In this document: positions 42,190 through 43,092 of the stretch, piece after piece | Numbering within the stretch: position 1 is the stretch's first letter | Layout: the number at the start of each line of letters is the position of its first letter | From: Bacilli bacterium | Lineage (GTDB): Bacteria > Bacillota_I > Bacilli_A > RFN20 > CAG-826 | Reading direction: 5' to 3' | DNA length: 43,092 nucleotides | Assembly: GCA_041669225.1 (NCBI GenBank) | Contig: JBAYBO010000001.1 | Coordinates: 1 to 43,092, forward strand | Made by a program: the position numbers and the translations under genes | Notes under the pieces: generated by a model | Database searches by the model: none | What the model was told of the DNA's origin: nothing | Seen by the model: the letters and a program-made list of their open reading frames with translations, nothing else

Positions 42190-42711
42190 ATGCTGTTATA
42201 TAAGACTAATGCTCATAGAGAATTTGTTAATATAACGGATGATGTATCACGAATAATAGAAAAAAGCGAAATTTTTGAAGGAATCGTTCTTGTTAATGCC
42301 ATGCACATAACGGCTAGTGTTTTTATTAATGACGACGAAGTCGGGCTTCATCATGACTTTGAAAGATTCCTGGAGAAACTCGCTCCGGAAAAGCCCTACA
42401 ATCAATATGAACACAATGGTTTCGAAGATAACGCCGACGCTCATTTAAAAAGACAAATTATGGGCCGAGAAGTCGTTGTAGCCATCACCGAGGGAAAATT
42501 AGACTTTGGTCCGTGGGAGCGAATCTTCTATGGTGAATTCGACGGCATGCGTAAAAAACGCATTCTCGAAAAATTATCGGCGAATAAATTAATTAACACC
42601 CAAATAGAATTGGGCTTCAGCGACATAGTAGGTTTCTTCGCTTGGATTGAAGATTCCGGAAATACCAACAAAATACACATCAAAGTCATTGCTGGCAGGT
42701 GTGTATTTTAA
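42190..42711 (+). CDS. yjbQ: YjbQ/UPF0047 family protein (secondary thiamine-phosphate synthase-like), probably frameshifted near the 3' end
   Basis: Family pattern [13 protein letters not shown]...[18 protein letters not shown]...[20 protein letters not shown]. After codon 126 the +1 frame reads KIIGE-stop (TAA 42585-42587), a family-typical C-terminus. The in-frame ORF instead runs 123 nt into the convergent gene. Confidence 0.75.
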   Translation: MLLYKTNAHREFVNITDDVSRIIEKSEIFEGIVLVNAMHITASVFINDDEVGLHHDFERFLEKLAPEKPYNQYEHNGFEDNADAHLKRQIMGREVVVAITEGKLDFGPWERIFYGEFDGMRKKRILEKLSANKLINTQIELGFSDIVGFFAWIEDSGNTNKIHIKVIAGRCVF

Positions 42712-43092
42712 ATCTGTGTATAAATCAAGAGAAAAGTCGGATGTTACATCGAGGCGAGTATAGAAGGACTCAATGACTTCACCCATGTCGATTTCGACAT
42801 AGTCGACAGCGTCTTTGCTCAACGACCAAATACATATCTCGTCGTCGTATTGATAAGTGTATATGCCTTCCGACTCGTCGTAACTAAGCAAAGAGGGGAC
42901 ATATACGAAATCGGTATATGTTCCGGCATTCATGACTTCAAAATCAATAATGCTGAAATTGGCATAATACGTTAATGGAATATGATCATTGGCATAATAG
43001 TTATAAAGTTCAAAGCCAAACACTTCTTCGAAATCATCAAGAACAAAATCGTCAGGCAAACAACGAATGCGGTCATAGCCTAAATCGCCAAA
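42589..43092 (-). CDS. Hypothetical acidic protein, 5'-partial (frame open to window edge)
   Basis: The frame stays open from 43092 down to TAA at 42589-42591. The composition is rich in Asp, Glu and Tyr, with no recognisable motif. Confidence 0.5.
   Translation of the reverse strand, partial: FGDLGYDRIRCLPDDFVLDDFEEVFGFELYNYYANDHIPLTYYANFSIIDFEVMNAGTYTDFVYVPSLLSYDESEGIYTYQYDDEICIWSLSKDAVDYVEIDMGEVIESFYTRLDVTSDFSLDLYTDLKYTPASNDFDVYFVGISGIFNPSEETYYVAEAQFYLGVN

Noticed and set aside
1-43092. Mollicute-type genetic code (TGA = Trp), considered because of the low GC content and Acholeplasma-like gene content.
   Set aside because: TGA terminates feoB, the DUF1538-like gene, the 113-aa gene and kinase copy B exactly at natural C-termini, with coupled downstream starts (ATGA). 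All Trp codons read in conserved motifs are TGG.
1-43092. CRISPR arrays, IS elements/transposases, integrases, prophage genes, and tRNA or rRNA genes.
   Set aside because: No direct-repeat/spacer periodicity, terminal inverted repeats, DDE or tyrosine/serine recombinase-like ORFs, or tRNA-like cloverleaf segments were seen. The longest non-coding stretch is about 160 nt.

Overview
A 43.1-kb chromosomal segment of a low-GC Gram-positive-type bacterium (Bacillota-like). Gene order and protein style suggest an Erysipelotrichia/Acholeplasma-like lineage, but the window alone cannot establish that. The genetic code is standard: TGA ends several conserved proteins at their natural C-termini. I count about 47 protein-coding genes at roughly nine-tenths coding density. 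I saw no rRNA, tRNA, CRISPR array, IS element, integrase or prophage signature.

Positions 1-11,000 are housekeeping. The minus strand carries comFC-comFA, rpiB, tsaC, prmC and prfA. These diverge from the classic Firmicute replication/recombination block on the plus strand: dnaX-ybaB-recR-tmk-holB-ricT(yaaT)-rsmI.

The rest is mostly minus-strand accessory, envelope and metabolic content:
- a giant YfhO-type membrane glycosyltransferase
- an uncharacterised duplicated membrane protein coupled to two PII-like proteins
- a pseudouridine synthase and a patatin phospholipase
- a feoA-feoB-small Cys protein operon with a divergent DtxR/MntR regulator
- an arginine-to-putrescine route in which arginine decarboxylase and agmatine deiminase are fused into one 870-aa protein followed by aguB
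- coaD
- an SDR plus HEXXH membrane protein pair
- a tightly coupled esterase / HxxxDG acyltransferase / zinc-ribbon membrane protein / small protein / 5'-nucleotidase lipoprotein cluster
- an ArsB/NhaD-type permease
- two tandem T4-Pnk-like P-loop kinases
- a MarR-GT2 synthase-acyltransferase-TVP38 operon
- a hypoxanthine-DNA glycosylase
- a yjbQ gene that looks frameshifted in an A-run

The most promising candidates for undescribed biology are listed below. All functional calls come from motif-level reading and memory of the families. None has been verified by a search.
- the DUF1538-like/PII/PII module (14651-16922)
- the ADC-AIH fusion (23210-25822)
- the acyltransferase/DUF6320-like cluster (30754-35671)
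- the paired Pnk-like kinases (37153-38084)
- the MarR-controlled synthase-type GT2 operon (38170-41514)
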